Notes: generated by a model from the sequence alone, not told the origin. Shown: positions 1 to 8,787, counted from the stretch's first letter. The stretch is 48,184 nucleotides of DNA from Vicinamibacterales bacterium (GCA_035700625.1 DASSOM010000190.1:1-48184); one strand, 5' to 3'. A program made the numbers and translations.

Positions 1-386
1 CCCATGTGCGCCCAGAACCCGCCGTCGCGCGGGCTGTGCGGATCGCCGTCGTGGTCCGACAACTGATGATGCTGACGATGCGTCGCCACCCAGAAGATCG
101 GCCCCCCCTCCAGCGTCAGCGTCCCGCACAGCGCCAGGAAGTACTCGAAGGCCTTCGACGTCTTGAAGCCACGATGGGTATGCAGCCGGTGATACCCGAG
201 GCTGATGCCGAAGCCGACCGCCAGCCAGTGCAAGCCGACGGCGACGGCGAGGTTGGTCCACGAGAACGACCAGAAGGCCGCGATGGCGAACACATGGAAC
301 AAGACCATGAAGAACGCCGTGACCCAGTTGAGCGTGGTGAGGGAATAGGCCGTCCGGACGGCTGCGCGAATCGTCGTCAACGTCAC
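1..386 (-). CDS. Membrane fatty-acid (delta-9 type acyl-CoA/acyl-lipid) desaturase, N-terminal ~128 codons; the rest runs off the window
   Basis: Absent from the ORF track because no stop lies in the window. My minus-strand translation from GTG 386 (or TTG 380, with AGGAG just upstream) is stop-free down to base 3. It reads VTLTTIRAAVRTAYSLTTLNWVTAFFMVLFHVFAIAAFWSFSWTNLAVAVGLHWLAVGFGISLGYHRLHTHRGFKTSKAFEYFLALCGTLTLEGGPIFWVATHRQHHQLSDHDGDPHSPRDGGFWAHMG. Histidine boxes HRLHTH and HRQHH plus DPHSP are the desaturase hallmarks. Confidence 0.85.
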   Translation of the reverse strand, partial: MTLTTIRAAVRTAYSLTTLNWVTAFFMVLFHVFAIAAFWSFSWTNLAVAVGLHWLAVGFGISLGYHRLHTHRGFKTSKAFEYFLALCGTLTLEGGPIFWVATHRQHHQLSDHDGDPHSPRDGGFWAHM

Positions 387-481
387 TCCTGTATGGGGAC
401 TGCTGCACGACAAAATAGCAGGTCCGGACGGACCGGATTGTAAGAGTTCTGTAAGCGGAAAACTCCTTCAGACGCAGGAAC

Positions 482-1576
482 TTAGCCGTTCTTCCGCTCG
501 AACTCCCGCATGAAATCGACGAGCGCGTCCACGCCCGCCTCGGGGAACGCGTTGTAGATCGAGGCGCGCATGCCGCCGACCGAGCGATGCCCTTTCAGGC
601 CGTCGAGTCCCGCCGCGGTGGCCTCCTTCGCGAACGTCTTCTCCAGGTCCTCGCTCGGCAGCCGGAACGTGACGTTCATCCGCGACCGGCTGTCCTTCTG
701 AGCATGTCCGCGGTAGAACCCGCTGCGATCGATCTCGGCGTACAGCTTGTCCGCCTTGCGGATGTTCACCTTCTCGATCGCGGCCAGCCCGCCCTGCGCG
801 CGCAGCCACTTCATGACGAGCCGCATGACGTAGATCGTGAACACGGGCGGCGTGTTGTAGAGCGATTTCGCCTCCACGTGCGTTCCATAGTTCAGCATCG
901 TCGGGAGCGTGGAGGGGGAGCGCTTCACCATGTCGTCGCGGATGATGACGATCGTCACACCCGCCGGGGCGAGGTTCTTCTGCGCGCCCGCGTAGATGAG
1001 CGCGTACTTCGCCACGTCGATGGGACCGCTGAACATGTCCGACGAGGTGTCGCACACGAGCGGCACGCCGCCGACGTCTGGCAGGTAGTGCCACTCTGTC
1101 CCGAAGATCGTGTTGTTCGACGTCATGTGCACATACGCGGCGTTCGGATCGATCGAGATGTCCTGCTGCGCGGGGACGCGCGTGAACTTGTCCCCTTCGG
1201 TCGACGCCGCGATCCGCACGCCCGCCACGCGCTTCGCCTCCTTCACGGCCTTCTGCGACCAGGCGCCGGTGACGATGTAGTCGGCGCTGCCGCCCGCCGG
1301 CAGCAGATTCATCGGCACCATCGAGAACTGCAGGCTGGCGCCCCCCTGCAGAAACAGCACGTGGTAGTTGTCCGGGATGCCGGCGAGCGCGCGCATGTCG
1401 GCCTCGCACCCCTGGATGATCTCGTCGAACGTCTTCGAGCGGTGGCTGATCTCGAGCACCGACATGCCGACGCCGGGCAGCGCGATCAAATCGCGCTGCG
1501 CTTCCTCGAGCACCTCGACCGGCAGCACCGCCGGTCCCGCCGCAAAATTGAAAATCCGCGTTGTCGTCGTCGCCAT
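482..1576 (-). CDS. serC: Phosphoserine aminotransferase
   Basis: Track ORF 482..1633. The translation is SerC-like throughout (RIFNFAAGPAVLPVEVLEEA, EISHRSKTF, FLQGGASLQF, YAGAQKNLAPAGVTIVIIR). Start moved to ATG 1576 (MATTTTRIFNF), which has GGAGAGG just upstream. The 19 extra upstream codons lie in a heptad repeat. Confidence 0.93.
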   Translation of the reverse strand: MATTTTRIFNFAAGPAVLPVEVLEEAQRDLIALPGVGMSVLEISHRSKTFDEIIQGCEADMRALAGIPDNYHVLFLQGGASLQFSMVPMNLLPAGGSADYIVTGAWSQKAVKEAKRVAGVRIAASTEGDKFTRVPAQQDISIDPNAAYVHMTSNNTIFGTEWHYLPDVGGVPLVCDTSSDMFSGPIDVAKYALIYAGAQKNLAPAGVTIVIIRDDMVKRSPSTLPTMLNYGTHVEAKSLYNTPPVFTIYVMRLVMKWLRAQGGLAAIEKVNIRKADKLYAEIDRSGFYRGHAQKDSRSRMNVTFRLPSEDLEKTFAKEATAAGLDGLKGHRSVGGMRASIYNAFPEAGVDALVDFMREFERKNG

Positions 1577-1583
1577 TGAACCT

Positions 1584-1632
1584 CTCCAGCCTCCAGCTGC
1601 CAGCTGCCAGCTTTCAGCATTCAGCATTGACA
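1584..1632. repeat. Heptanucleotide-periodic tract (NNNCAGC)x6-7 in the serA-serC junction
   Basis: Read directly: ctccagc ctccagc tgccagc tgccagc tttcagc attcagc attgaca. The period is exactly 7 nt and the tract fills most of the 60-nt gap between the serA stop (1637) and the serC start (1576). Confidence 0.9.
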
Positions 1633-1636
1633 CGCG

Positions 1637-2887
1637 TCAGAGGGCCACCACCTGCAGGTCGAGGACGTCCGCGTTCTCGTCCTTGATCGTCCGGCAGACG
1701 TCCGCGCCGGGCGCCCCGTCCAGATTGATCCGCGCGACGGCGGCCTGCGCCCCCTCGAACACGATGTTCTCGGTTTCCTGCACGTTCAAGTTCGCGCGGC
1801 GCAGGTGCGTGAACACGTGCGCGAGCACGCCCGGACGATCCCGGTGCCGGACGACGAGCATGTGGGTCGCCGGCGTGCGCCGCGCGAGGTTCACGACGTT
1901 CGGCACGCGGCCGGTCTCCTTGTAGCTCCGGACGATCCGCACCGTCTCGGCGGCAATCGCTTCCTGCGCCTGATCGGTGGACGCGCCGATGTGGTGCGTC
2001 CCGTAGACGCCGGGCAGCGCCGCCATGTCGTCCCTGAATTCGGCCGCACCCGCGGACGGCTCCTTCGCGTAGACATCGAGGCCGACGCGGAGGCCGCGCG
2101 CCTTCACCGCCGCCGCGAGCGCCTGGTAGTCGACGACTTCGCCACGGGCCGTGTTGATCAGGAACGCGCCGGGCCGGAGGCGCGCAAGGAGCGCCGCGTT
2201 CACGAGCCCTTTCGTGCCCTCTCCGAGCGCGACATGGATGCTGAGGATGTCGGCGGCCGCCGCCGCGTCGCCGGGCGTCGGCGCGAGCGTGACGTGCACC
2301 GTACGCGCGGCCTCCTCGATGCCGAGATCGCGCAGTTCGTCGTCCGTCAGCGCGCCCTGTCGTCCGTCGAACCGGCGGCTCCAGAGCACGACGTCGAGTC
2401 CGAACGCCGCCGCGCGTCGGATCATCTCCCGGCCGATGCTGCCGACGCCGAGGAGCCCGAGTGTGCGTCCGTAGAGCCCCTGCGCCTTCGAGAACTCCTT
2501 CTTGTTCCACTGGCCGGCGCGCAGGGCCGCCACGTTGTCGGGGATGCGTCGATCGAGCGAGAGGATCAGGCCGAAGGCGAGCTCGGCGACGGCAATGGCG
2601 TTCTTGCCGGGACAGTTCGACACGTAGATGCCGCGCGCCGACGCCGCCGCGACGTCGATGGTGTTGTAGCCGGCGCCCGCCCGCACGATGAGCGACAGAC
2701 GCCCCGCGTCGAGCATCGGCTCGGTCACCTTCGTGCTGCGGACGATCAACACGTCCGCCTGCGTCCGCCCGATCGCCTCGCGCAGCGTGTCATCGGCGAG
2801 ATCCGGTTCGAAGACGACGTCGCACCCGGCGGCTTTCAGTCCGTCGATGCCGGATTTCTCGAATTTGTCGGCGATCAGTATTTTCAT
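1637..2887 (-). CDS. serA: D-3-phosphoglycerate dehydrogenase (2-hydroxyacid dehydrogenase fold plus C-terminal ACT-like domain)
   Basis: 416-aa ORF. It has MKILIADKF, a GVGSIGREM Rossmann motif and the catalytic region HIGASTDQAQE. The C-terminal ~70 aa (HMLVVRHRDRPGVLAHVFTHLRRANLNVQE) look like an ACT domain. It lies directly upstream of serC on the same strand. Confidence 0.92.
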   Translation of the reverse strand: MKILIADKFEKSGIDGLKAAGCDVVFEPDLADDTLREAIGRTQADVLIVRSTKVTEPMLDAGRLSLIVRAGAGYNTIDVAAASARGIYVSNCPGKNAIAVAELAFGLILSLDRRIPDNVAALRAGQWNKKEFSKAQGLYGRTLGLLGVGSIGREMIRRAAAFGLDVVLWSRRFDGRQGALTDDELRDLGIEEAARTVHVTLAPTPGDAAAAADILSIHVALGEGTKGLVNAALLARLRPGAFLINTARGEVVDYQALAAAVKARGLRVGLDVYAKEPSAGAAEFRDDMAALPGVYGTHHIGASTDQAQEAIAAETVRIVRSYKETGRVPNVVNLARRTPATHMLVVRHRDRPGVLAHVFTHLRRANLNVQETENIVFEGAQAAVARINLDGAPGADVCRTIKDENADVLDLQVVAL

Positions 2888-2914
2888 GGCGGAGTTCAGG
2901 ATTCAGTCCACCGA

Positions 2915-4144
2915 TCAGATTACATGAACCAACAGGCCGTCGCGCAGCTTGGGCTCGAACCACGTCGACTTCGGCGGCATGATGCCTCCCTCGTCGGCGA
3001 TCGCGATCAGATCGCCAATCGTCACCGGGAACATCGAGAACGCGACGGCGGCGCGTCCCTCGTCGACGGCCTGCTCGAGCGCGGCGGTGCCGCGGGCGCC
3101 GCCGACGAAATCGATCCGCTTGTCCGTCCGGACGTCGCCGATCGCGAGCAGCGGTTCGAGCACGTGCTGCTGCAGCCGCGCAACGTCGAGCGCGGCGGCA
3201 CGCGAGCCGTCCACCGGCTTCGCGGACGACAGATCGACGACATGCCAGGCGCCGGCGAGATACATCGACACCTGACCGCGTGACGGCGGCTGCGACGGGC
3301 CGGCCGACACGGGAAACCGCTCGCGCAGCGCGGCCAGGAATGCCTCGGGCGTCCGGCCCGCCAGATCCTTCACCAGCCGGTTGTACGGGAGGATCTGCAT
3401 CTGATTGTCCGGGAACGCCACGGCGATGAACGTATCCACCTCGCCCGCGCCGCCCGGCACCGACGACCGCTGCTTCAACTCCGCGCGGGCGCGCGCCGCG
3501 CTCGCGGCGCGGTGATGCCCGTCCGCGATGTACAGCGCCGGCACGCGCGCGAACGCCTGGACGAGTTTGCGCGTCGCCGCCGCGTCCGCCCGCCAGACGG
3601 TGTGACGGATGCCGTCCTCCGCCGTGAACGCATAAAGAGGCCGGCCGGCCGCGACCTCCTGCGCGATCGCGTCGATGTCGCGAACCGCGCGATAGGTCAG
3701 AAATACGACGCCCGTCTGCGCGCGCGTTTCGATGATGTGCCGCGTGCGATCGTCCTCCTTGTCGCGCCGCGTCCGCTCGTGCTTCTTGATCGCGTCGCGC
3801 TCGTACTCGTCGAGCGAAAAGCACGCGGCCACGCCTGTCTGCTCGTGCTCCCCCATCCGCAGCCGGTACAGATAGATCGACGGTTCGTCGTCCGTAATCA
3901 GCGGCGCGCGCCGCGTCAGCGTGTCGAGATTCTCGCGCGCCTTCGCGTACACCGCCGGCGCATACGGATCCGTCTCCGGCGGCAGATCGATTTCCGATCG
4001 GGTGACATGAAGGAAGCTGAGAGGATTGCCGCCGGCGATCTGGCGCGCTTCGTCGGCGCTGACGACGTCGTAGGGGACCGAGGAGACGGCCGACGCCTGG
4101 TCCGCCGCCGGCCGCAAGGCGCGGAACGGGTGGAGCGTGGACAT
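2915..4144 (-). CDS. DUF1015 (COG4198) family protein
   Basis: 409-aa ORF beginning MSTLHPFRALRPAADQASAVSSVPYDVVS, with later FLHVTRSEIDLP and IADGHHR. I recognise these as the DUF1015 signature. It is co-directional with serA, 27 nt upstream of it. Confidence 0.8.
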   Translation of the reverse strand: MSTLHPFRALRPAADQASAVSSVPYDVVSADEARQIAGGNPLSFLHVTRSEIDLPPETDPYAPAVYAKARENLDTLTRRAPLITDDEPSIYLYRLRMGEHEQTGVAACFSLDEYERDAIKKHERTRRDKEDDRTRHIIETRAQTGVVFLTYRAVRDIDAIAQEVAAGRPLYAFTAEDGIRHTVWRADAAATRKLVQAFARVPALYIADGHHRAASAARARAELKQRSSVPGGAGEVDTFIAVAFPDNQMQILPYNRLVKDLAGRTPEAFLAALRERFPVSAGPSQPPSRGQVSMYLAGAWHVVDLSSAKPVDGSRAAALDVARLQQHVLEPLLAIGDVRTDKRIDFVGGARGTAALEQAVDEGRAAVAFSMFPVTIGDLIAIADEGGIMPPKSTWFEPKLRDGLLVHVI

Positions 4145-4165
4145 CCGGTTATTCTATGCCGCCGG

Positions 4166-4343
4166 ATGTCAGGGCTAAAGCCCTGACCCACACAGGCGCA
4201 CCATGTCAGGGCTAAAGCCCTGACCCACGCAGGCGCACCATGTCAGGGCTACAGCCCTGACCCACACAGCACGCGAGGAACTGCGGTCAGCCCTGACACA
4301 GGGAGTGCAATGAGAAATGTGGGTCAGCCCTTTATGGGCTGAC
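4166..4343. repeat. REP-like hairpin array: three 37-nt tandem units plus two further hairpins
   Basis: Units start at 4166, 4203 and 4240 (ATGTCAGGGCTAAAGCCCTGACCCACACAGGCGCACC). Each carries the stem GTCAGGGC/GCCCTGAC. Further hairpins are GTCAG-CC-CTGAC at 4286-4297 and GTCAGCCC-TTTAT-GGGCTGAC at 4323-4343. The last one sits 3 nt past the M23 stop codon, so it may act as a terminator. Confidence 0.9.
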
Positions 4344-4346
4344 TGT

Positions 4347-5621
4347 CTAGTGCTGGATCGCCTTCACTGCATCGGGGCGGCCGGTGGTGGTGTCTTCGGC
4401 CAGCAGCGTCGGCGGCAGCTTCTTCAGGATCGCATCCCGCTCGGTCTTGAAATCCGCGAGCAGGACGGACGGAATCGGATCGCCGGGCGGCATGCGCCGG
4501 TGCTCCACGAGGGGATTGACGAACACGCCGTTCTTCTTCAGCCGGTAGTCGAGATGCGGGCCGGTCGCCGCGCCGGTCGATCCGACGTAACCGATCACCT
4601 GTCCCTGATCGACGCGCACGCCGGGGTGAATCCCTCTGGCGTAGCGCGACAGGTGCAGGTAGTACGTCTCGTAACCTTTCGCGTGGCGAATCCGGACGAG
4701 ATTGCCGTTCGCCCCCTTGTAGTGCGCGTAAATCACGACACCGCTCGCCGCGGCGACGACCGGCGATCCGGTAGGCGCGCCGTAGTCGATGCCAAGGTGC
4801 GCGCGATAGGTGCGATAGACGGGATGCAGCCGGTGACGCGAGAAGCCGGACGTGATCCGCGGCGTGAACTTCAGCGGCGTCCGCAGGAAGAACCGCTTCA
4901 GCGATCGGCCGTCCGCGTCGTAATACCCCGACTTCCCCGTCTTCGGATTCGTCCAGCGGAAGGCTTCGTGCGTGTCGCCGTCGACGCGCATCGACGCGCC
5001 GAGGATCGCGCCATACCCGGAGAACTGTCCGTCGTGGCTCGTCTTTTCGAACAGCACGCGGAACTCGTCGCCCAGCTGCAGGTCGCTGTCGAAGTCGATT
5101 TGTCCGCCGAAGATCTCCGCGAGCGCGAGCGCGAGCTGGACGTTCTCGCCCGTTTCATCGATCGCCGCGATGAGCGACGGATGGTCGTCGTCGACGTGCG
5201 CGTCGATGGAGGTGACCTCCACCTGTTTTTCGTACGGCAGCACCTCGGCCTCGAGCGTGTCCGGAGCCTGCCCCTCGCGATGGACGATGCGGAGGAAGCG
5301 ATCGGCGTCGATCTGATATTCGAACTCACGGAGCAGGCCGTCGACGGAGCGAACGAGCTTGTACGGGCGATCCGCCCGCAGGTCGCGCGGGTTGAACACG
5401 GCGCGCGCGGCATCGACCGCGGCGATCACGAGATTCGTCTGCAGATGATTGTCGCGCAGCAGGCCATCGAGCGTCGCGCGCGCCGGCACGCGGGCTTCGA
5501 TGGTTTCGATCTCGGGAATCAGCCGGACGTCGGGGTGTCGGTACGGCGCGTCGGGCGGAGGACTCGCGCAGGCGGCCACGGCAAGCGCGGTGAGAATCGC
5601 CGGTATCGCTCTCGCCATCAT
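4347..5621 (-). CDS. M23 family metallopeptidase (LytM/MepM-like), probable lipoprotein
   Basis: Track ORF 4347..5804. Start moved to ATG 5621 (MMARAIPAILTALAVAACASPP, which has a signal peptide and lipobox-like AAC). The upstream 61 codons lie in the repeat array. M23 motifs present: HLGIDYGAPTGSPV and GSTGAATGPHLDYRL. Confidence 0.9.
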   Translation of the reverse strand: MMARAIPAILTALAVAACASPPPDAPYRHPDVRLIPEIETIEARVPARATLDGLLRDNHLQTNLVIAAVDAARAVFNPRDLRADRPYKLVRSVDGLLREFEYQIDADRFLRIVHREGQAPDTLEAEVLPYEKQVEVTSIDAHVDDDHPSLIAAIDETGENVQLALALAEIFGGQIDFDSDLQLGDEFRVLFEKTSHDGQFSGYGAILGASMRVDGDTHEAFRWTNPKTGKSGYYDADGRSLKRFFLRTPLKFTPRITSGFSRHRLHPVYRTYRAHLGIDYGAPTGSPVVAAASGVVIYAHYKGANGNLVRIRHAKGYETYYLHLSRYARGIHPGVRVDQGQVIGYVGSTGAATGPHLDYRLKKNGVFVNPLVEHRRMPPGDPIPSVLLADFKTERDAILKKLPPTLLAEDTTTGRPDAVKAIQH

Positions 5622-5746
5622 GAGATGGACGAAGAGCTTACCACACCCTACCGGGAGCGAGTATCGCGATCGGATGTGCGCGCGATGCAGAGACGCGCAG
5701 TGGCCGGCAGCGGCGTGCAGCCCGCCTTCGCGGCGGCAGGACCCGG

Positions 5747-5864
5747 ATGTCAGCCCATAAAGGGCTGACCCACATGGTCGGTGTGGTTCACGGCTGACCC
5801 ACATGGTTGGTGTGGGTCAGGGCTGAGCCACATGGTTGGTGTGGGTCAGGGCTTTAGCCCTGAC
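5747..5864. repeat. REP-like hairpin array, in inverted orientation relative to 4166-4343
   Basis: Contains GTCAGCCCATAAAGGGCTGACCCACAT (5749-5775), two degenerate units each ending CCACATGG, and GTGTGGGTCAGGGCTTTAGCCCTGAC (5839-5864). It ends 3 nt before the stop codon of the next gene (5867). Confidence 0.9.
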
Positions 5865-5866
5865 GA

Positions 5867-7717
5867 TCAGCGTGTCGACTGACGACCGCGCGTGCCGGCG
5901 GCCGTCAACGCCCACACGCCCCAGCCATCGAGGCGGGAGCTGTAGAACGCCACGCGATCGCCGTCAGGCGCCCACGTGTAGGCCTCGGCCCCGGGATCGT
6001 CCAGAGCCCGCCGCATGCGTCCCGAGTCCACGTCCATCAGCCACGCGCCATCGTCCTTCACCTGAAAGATGATGTGCGTGCCATCCGGCGAGACCGACGG
6101 ACCTCGCACCGCGTGCCCGGGGACGGGCGTGCGGAACGTGCGCGGCGTGTCGGAGGCGAGATCGAGAATGACGAGGCGATCGCTGTGCCCGTACGCGAGA
6201 CGGCTGCCATCCGGAAACCAGGAGGCGCCCCACAGCTGGCCCGTGGCGAAGGACGTGCGGCGCGTCAGCATGCCGGTGGCGAGATCGACGGTCCACAGGT
6301 TCCACACGTCGGGATTGTCTGATTCCCCCTTGACGAACGCCAGGCGATCGCCGCGCGGCGACCACGACGGCAGCGCCGCGAATCCGTCGCCGCTGACGAG
6401 GCGGACGTGCTGCCCGTCCGCGTCGGCGACGTAAACGCCGCGTTCGCCATCGCGATCGGAATCGAAGGCGACGCGCGATCCGTCCGCCGAGACCTGCGCA
6501 TGCAGGTTCGTGGCGCCGTCGTCGGCAATCCGGGTGACCTGCAGGAGCGGCGGCGCGGTGGCGCCGCCCCCGTCGGTCGGTGCGTGATAGAACACCGCCG
6601 TGCCGATGTTGGCGAACGAGGGCGCGTACGTGACGCGGCGCACCTGCATTGCCGGCGCTGCCGGCGCGGACACCGCAGATTGCACGTCTTCGGTCACGCT
6701 CGCGATCGATGAGGGCAACGCCGGGATAAAGCGATCGAGCGAAGACGGGCCGAATGCCTGCTCGAGGCGCCACGCGGCCGGAATCAACCCGAGCAGCAGC
6801 GCGGCCACCGCCACCGCGGCCAGCCATCCGCGCGATCGCCGCGGCGTCGCGGCCGTCGAGGGAAAGACGAGCGGCTCGGGCGCCAGCGGGATTTCCTCGG
6901 TCGTGACGATCGGTCCGGGCGGGTCGAGCGGCACCAGCGCCTCGATGCTCTGCTCGGCCGGCACCTGCACCAGCGACGTTCCCGCGCGGGTGGCGCTCGC
7001 CTCATCGAGCATCGGCTCGACGACGCGCAGCACCATCTCGTCGTCCAGTCCGGCGGCGCGGGCGTATCGAATCACCTGCGCACGGGCGTATCGGCCGTCG
7101 GGCCAGTTGCGCAGGTATCCCCACTCGAGCTCGCGCAGCAGCGCGGCGGGGATGCGGCTGCGATCCGAAATGTCGTCGAGCGTGAGGCCCGTGGCGCGCC
7201 GTGCGCGTCTGACGTCGGAAATCGTCAGCTCGCGCGCCGCCTCGACCCTGTCGTCCGTTTCGACGGGAGCGGGCACGGCTGCGGGGTGAGATACGCCTTC
7301 CCATGCCTTGAAGAGCTCGCGGGCGACCGTCGGCAGATCCGGCGCCGCGAAGCGCTCGACGGATGCGGCAAACTCGTCCAGCGATCCGAACGGCGGCAGG
7401 TCCATCTGACGCAGACCGCGCGCCAGCGCCAGCCGGAGACCGCCCGGCATCCGGAATTCCGGAGGCGCGTCGCGATCACGGACGAGACCGTCGAGCAGCT
7501 GAGCGGCGCATTCGATCACCGGTCCGTCCGCATTGACGGGCCCCTCAGCCGTGACGCGGCCATCTTCCGAGATGCGAATGACATGCGCCGAAGGGATCCC
7601 GCGCAATCGGCCGTCTGCCTGCTGCCGGCAGACGTCGGACACGATCGCGGCTGCCTCGGCCGGTGTGAGCCGTACCCCCGCGGCAATGAGTTCCGTGAGC
7701 GACACGCGCCTGGACAT
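5867..7717 (-). CDS. Membrane protein with a RodZ-like HTH (cytoplasmic), one TM segment and a TolB-like (PD40/WD40-like) beta-propeller
   Basis: Track ORF 5867..7771, which uses a TTG start. I prefer ATG 7717 (MSRRVSLTEL), but the start is uncertain. The HTH region is GLTLDDISDRSRIPAALLRELEWGYLRNWP. The TM segment is WLAAVAVAALLLGLIPAAW. The C-terminus has repeated DGSRVAF / SPRGDRLAF / PDGSRLAY / SPDGTHIIF / APDGDRVAF motifs typical of TolB-type propellers. Confidence 0.75.
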   Translation of the reverse strand: MSRRVSLTELIAAGVRLTPAEAAAIVSDVCRQQADGRLRGIPSAHVIRISEDGRVTAEGPVNADGPVIECAAQLLDGLVRDRDAPPEFRMPGGLRLALARGLRQMDLPPFGSLDEFAASVERFAAPDLPTVARELFKAWEGVSHPAAVPAPVETDDRVEAARELTISDVRRARRATGLTLDDISDRSRIPAALLRELEWGYLRNWPDGRYARAQVIRYARAAGLDDEMVLRVVEPMLDEASATRAGTSLVQVPAEQSIEALVPLDPPGPIVTTEEIPLAPEPLVFPSTAATPRRSRGWLAAVAVAALLLGLIPAAWRLEQAFGPSSLDRFIPALPSSIASVTEDVQSAVSAPAAPAMQVRRVTYAPSFANIGTAVFYHAPTDGGGATAPPLLQVTRIADDGATNLHAQVSADGSRVAFDSDRDGERGVYVADADGQHVRLVSGDGFAALPSWSPRGDRLAFVKGESDNPDVWNLWTVDLATGMLTRRTSFATGQLWGASWFPDGSRLAYGHSDRLVILDLASDTPRTFRTPVPGHAVRGPSVSPDGTHIIFQVKDDGAWLMDVDSGRMRRALDDPGAEAYTWAPDGDRVAFYSSRLDGWGVWALTAAGTRGRQSTR

Positions 7718-7879
7718 GGCCGTCGCGTTTGCCACTTTCCTGCCAGCATGCCCGCGGGCGATCCGCGGCAATCACGCCGATTTTTCCGGATGAGGCGCAG
7801 CGCTGTCGGGCAGGAACGTCACGGTCGTGTCACCTGCGCGACACGCGCGGCCGCGAAGGCTGAGCTGCGGCCGGGCGGC

Positions 7880-8782
7880 TCAGTTGCGGGTCAGGTTGAT
7901 TTGAATCAGCTTGCGGAACTTGACCGGCGTACCGTTCAAGGTGGCCGGACGATACCGCCAGTCGCGCGCCGCATTGAGGAGCAGCGAATCGTAGAGCGGA
8001 TGCATCGATTCGCGCACCGTCGCGGACATCACGCGGCCGCGCTCGTCGACGATGATCTCGAGCAGCCCGCGATCTCGCGCCTGCGTCCGAAGCGCGGCGG
8101 GCAATTGCGGGACCTCCTGCTTGATCGGCTGCGGCGCGATGATCCCGTCTTCCTCGGTGACGTAGATACGGTTGGGGTCTGGACGCGGCGTGGGCGCGGG
8201 AGCCGGCGGCTCGGGCTTCTCCGGCTCGGGCGGCGGCGCCGCGGCGGCCGCGGCGAGGTCGAGGAACCCGGCGGCCAGTGTCCGCAGGTCGGCGAGACGG
8301 CCGCCCATGTCCGGGTCGTCCAGCAGACGGATCACCTGGTCGAACTGCGCGGCCGCCTGTTTGAAATCCTTGCGATCGAACGTCGCCTTCGCGGCGGTGT
8401 AGCGCGCCCGCGCGATGTCGGGCAGCAGCCGCTGGCGCACTTCCGAGAAGGCGGCGCGCACGCGCGGCGACGCTTCCGCTTCGCTCGGCTGATAGGTCGG
8501 ATCGGTCGTCACGACCGCGGCAATGGCGTTTTCCGCTTCCGCGCCGCGGCCGAGCGCGAGCAGGCACAACGAGCGGTACTGCTCGATGGCGCGCCGCTCC
8601 TCCGCCGACTTCGCCGCCTCGGGACGGAGATCGTCCAGCACGGCGAGCGCTTCGTCGTATCTCGCCGACGCGTACAGCTCGCGCGCGGATGCCAGCGGCG
8701 TCACGGCAGGGCCGTTTTGCGCGAAGGCCGGACGGGCCATCGATGCGGCCAGCAGGAGCGGTACGAGGATGCGGTATCTCAT
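7880..8782 (-). CDS. Secreted TPR-like protein with a Pro-rich linker and a TonB C-terminal-like domain
   Basis: Track ORF 7880..8962. Start moved to ATG 8782 (MRYRILVPLLLAASMARPAFAQ, a signal peptide). The linker is PPPEPEKPEPPAPAPTPRP. The C-terminus (LLEIIVDERGRVMSATVRESMHPLYDSLLLNAARDWRYRPATLNGTPV) resembles TonB_C. The stop of the upstream gene lies 5 nt before this start. Confidence 0.75.
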   Translation of the reverse strand: MRYRILVPLLLAASMARPAFAQNGPAVTPLASARELYASARYDEALAVLDDLRPEAAKSAEERRAIEQYRSLCLLALGRGAEAENAIAAVVTTDPTYQPSEAEASPRVRAAFSEVRQRLLPDIARARYTAAKATFDRKDFKQAAAQFDQVIRLLDDPDMGGRLADLRTLAAGFLDLAAAAAAPPPEPEKPEPPAPAPTPRPDPNRIYVTEEDGIIAPQPIKQEVPQLPAALRTQARDRGLLEIIVDERGRVMSATVRESMHPLYDSLLLNAARDWRYRPATLNGTPVKFRKLIQINLTRN

Positions 8783-8787
8783 GACGG

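Noticed and set aside
587-3283. Long plus-strand ORFs (587..1579, 1368..1925, 1805..3283) antisense to serC and serA.
   Set aside because: The translations are Arg/Ala/Gly/His-rich low-complexity strings with no motifs. The opposite strand encodes unmistakable SerC and SerA. These are typical high-GC shadow ORFs.
4317-5775. Could the M23 gene flanked by 27-nt perfect inverted repeats be a transposon or MITE-like mobile element?
   Set aside because: There is no transposase. The bases just outside the repeats (tgagaa on one side, ggtcgg on the other) show no target-site duplication. The repeats are themselves hairpin (REP-like) units that also occur in tandem nearby. It is reported as a repeat architecture, not called a mobile element.
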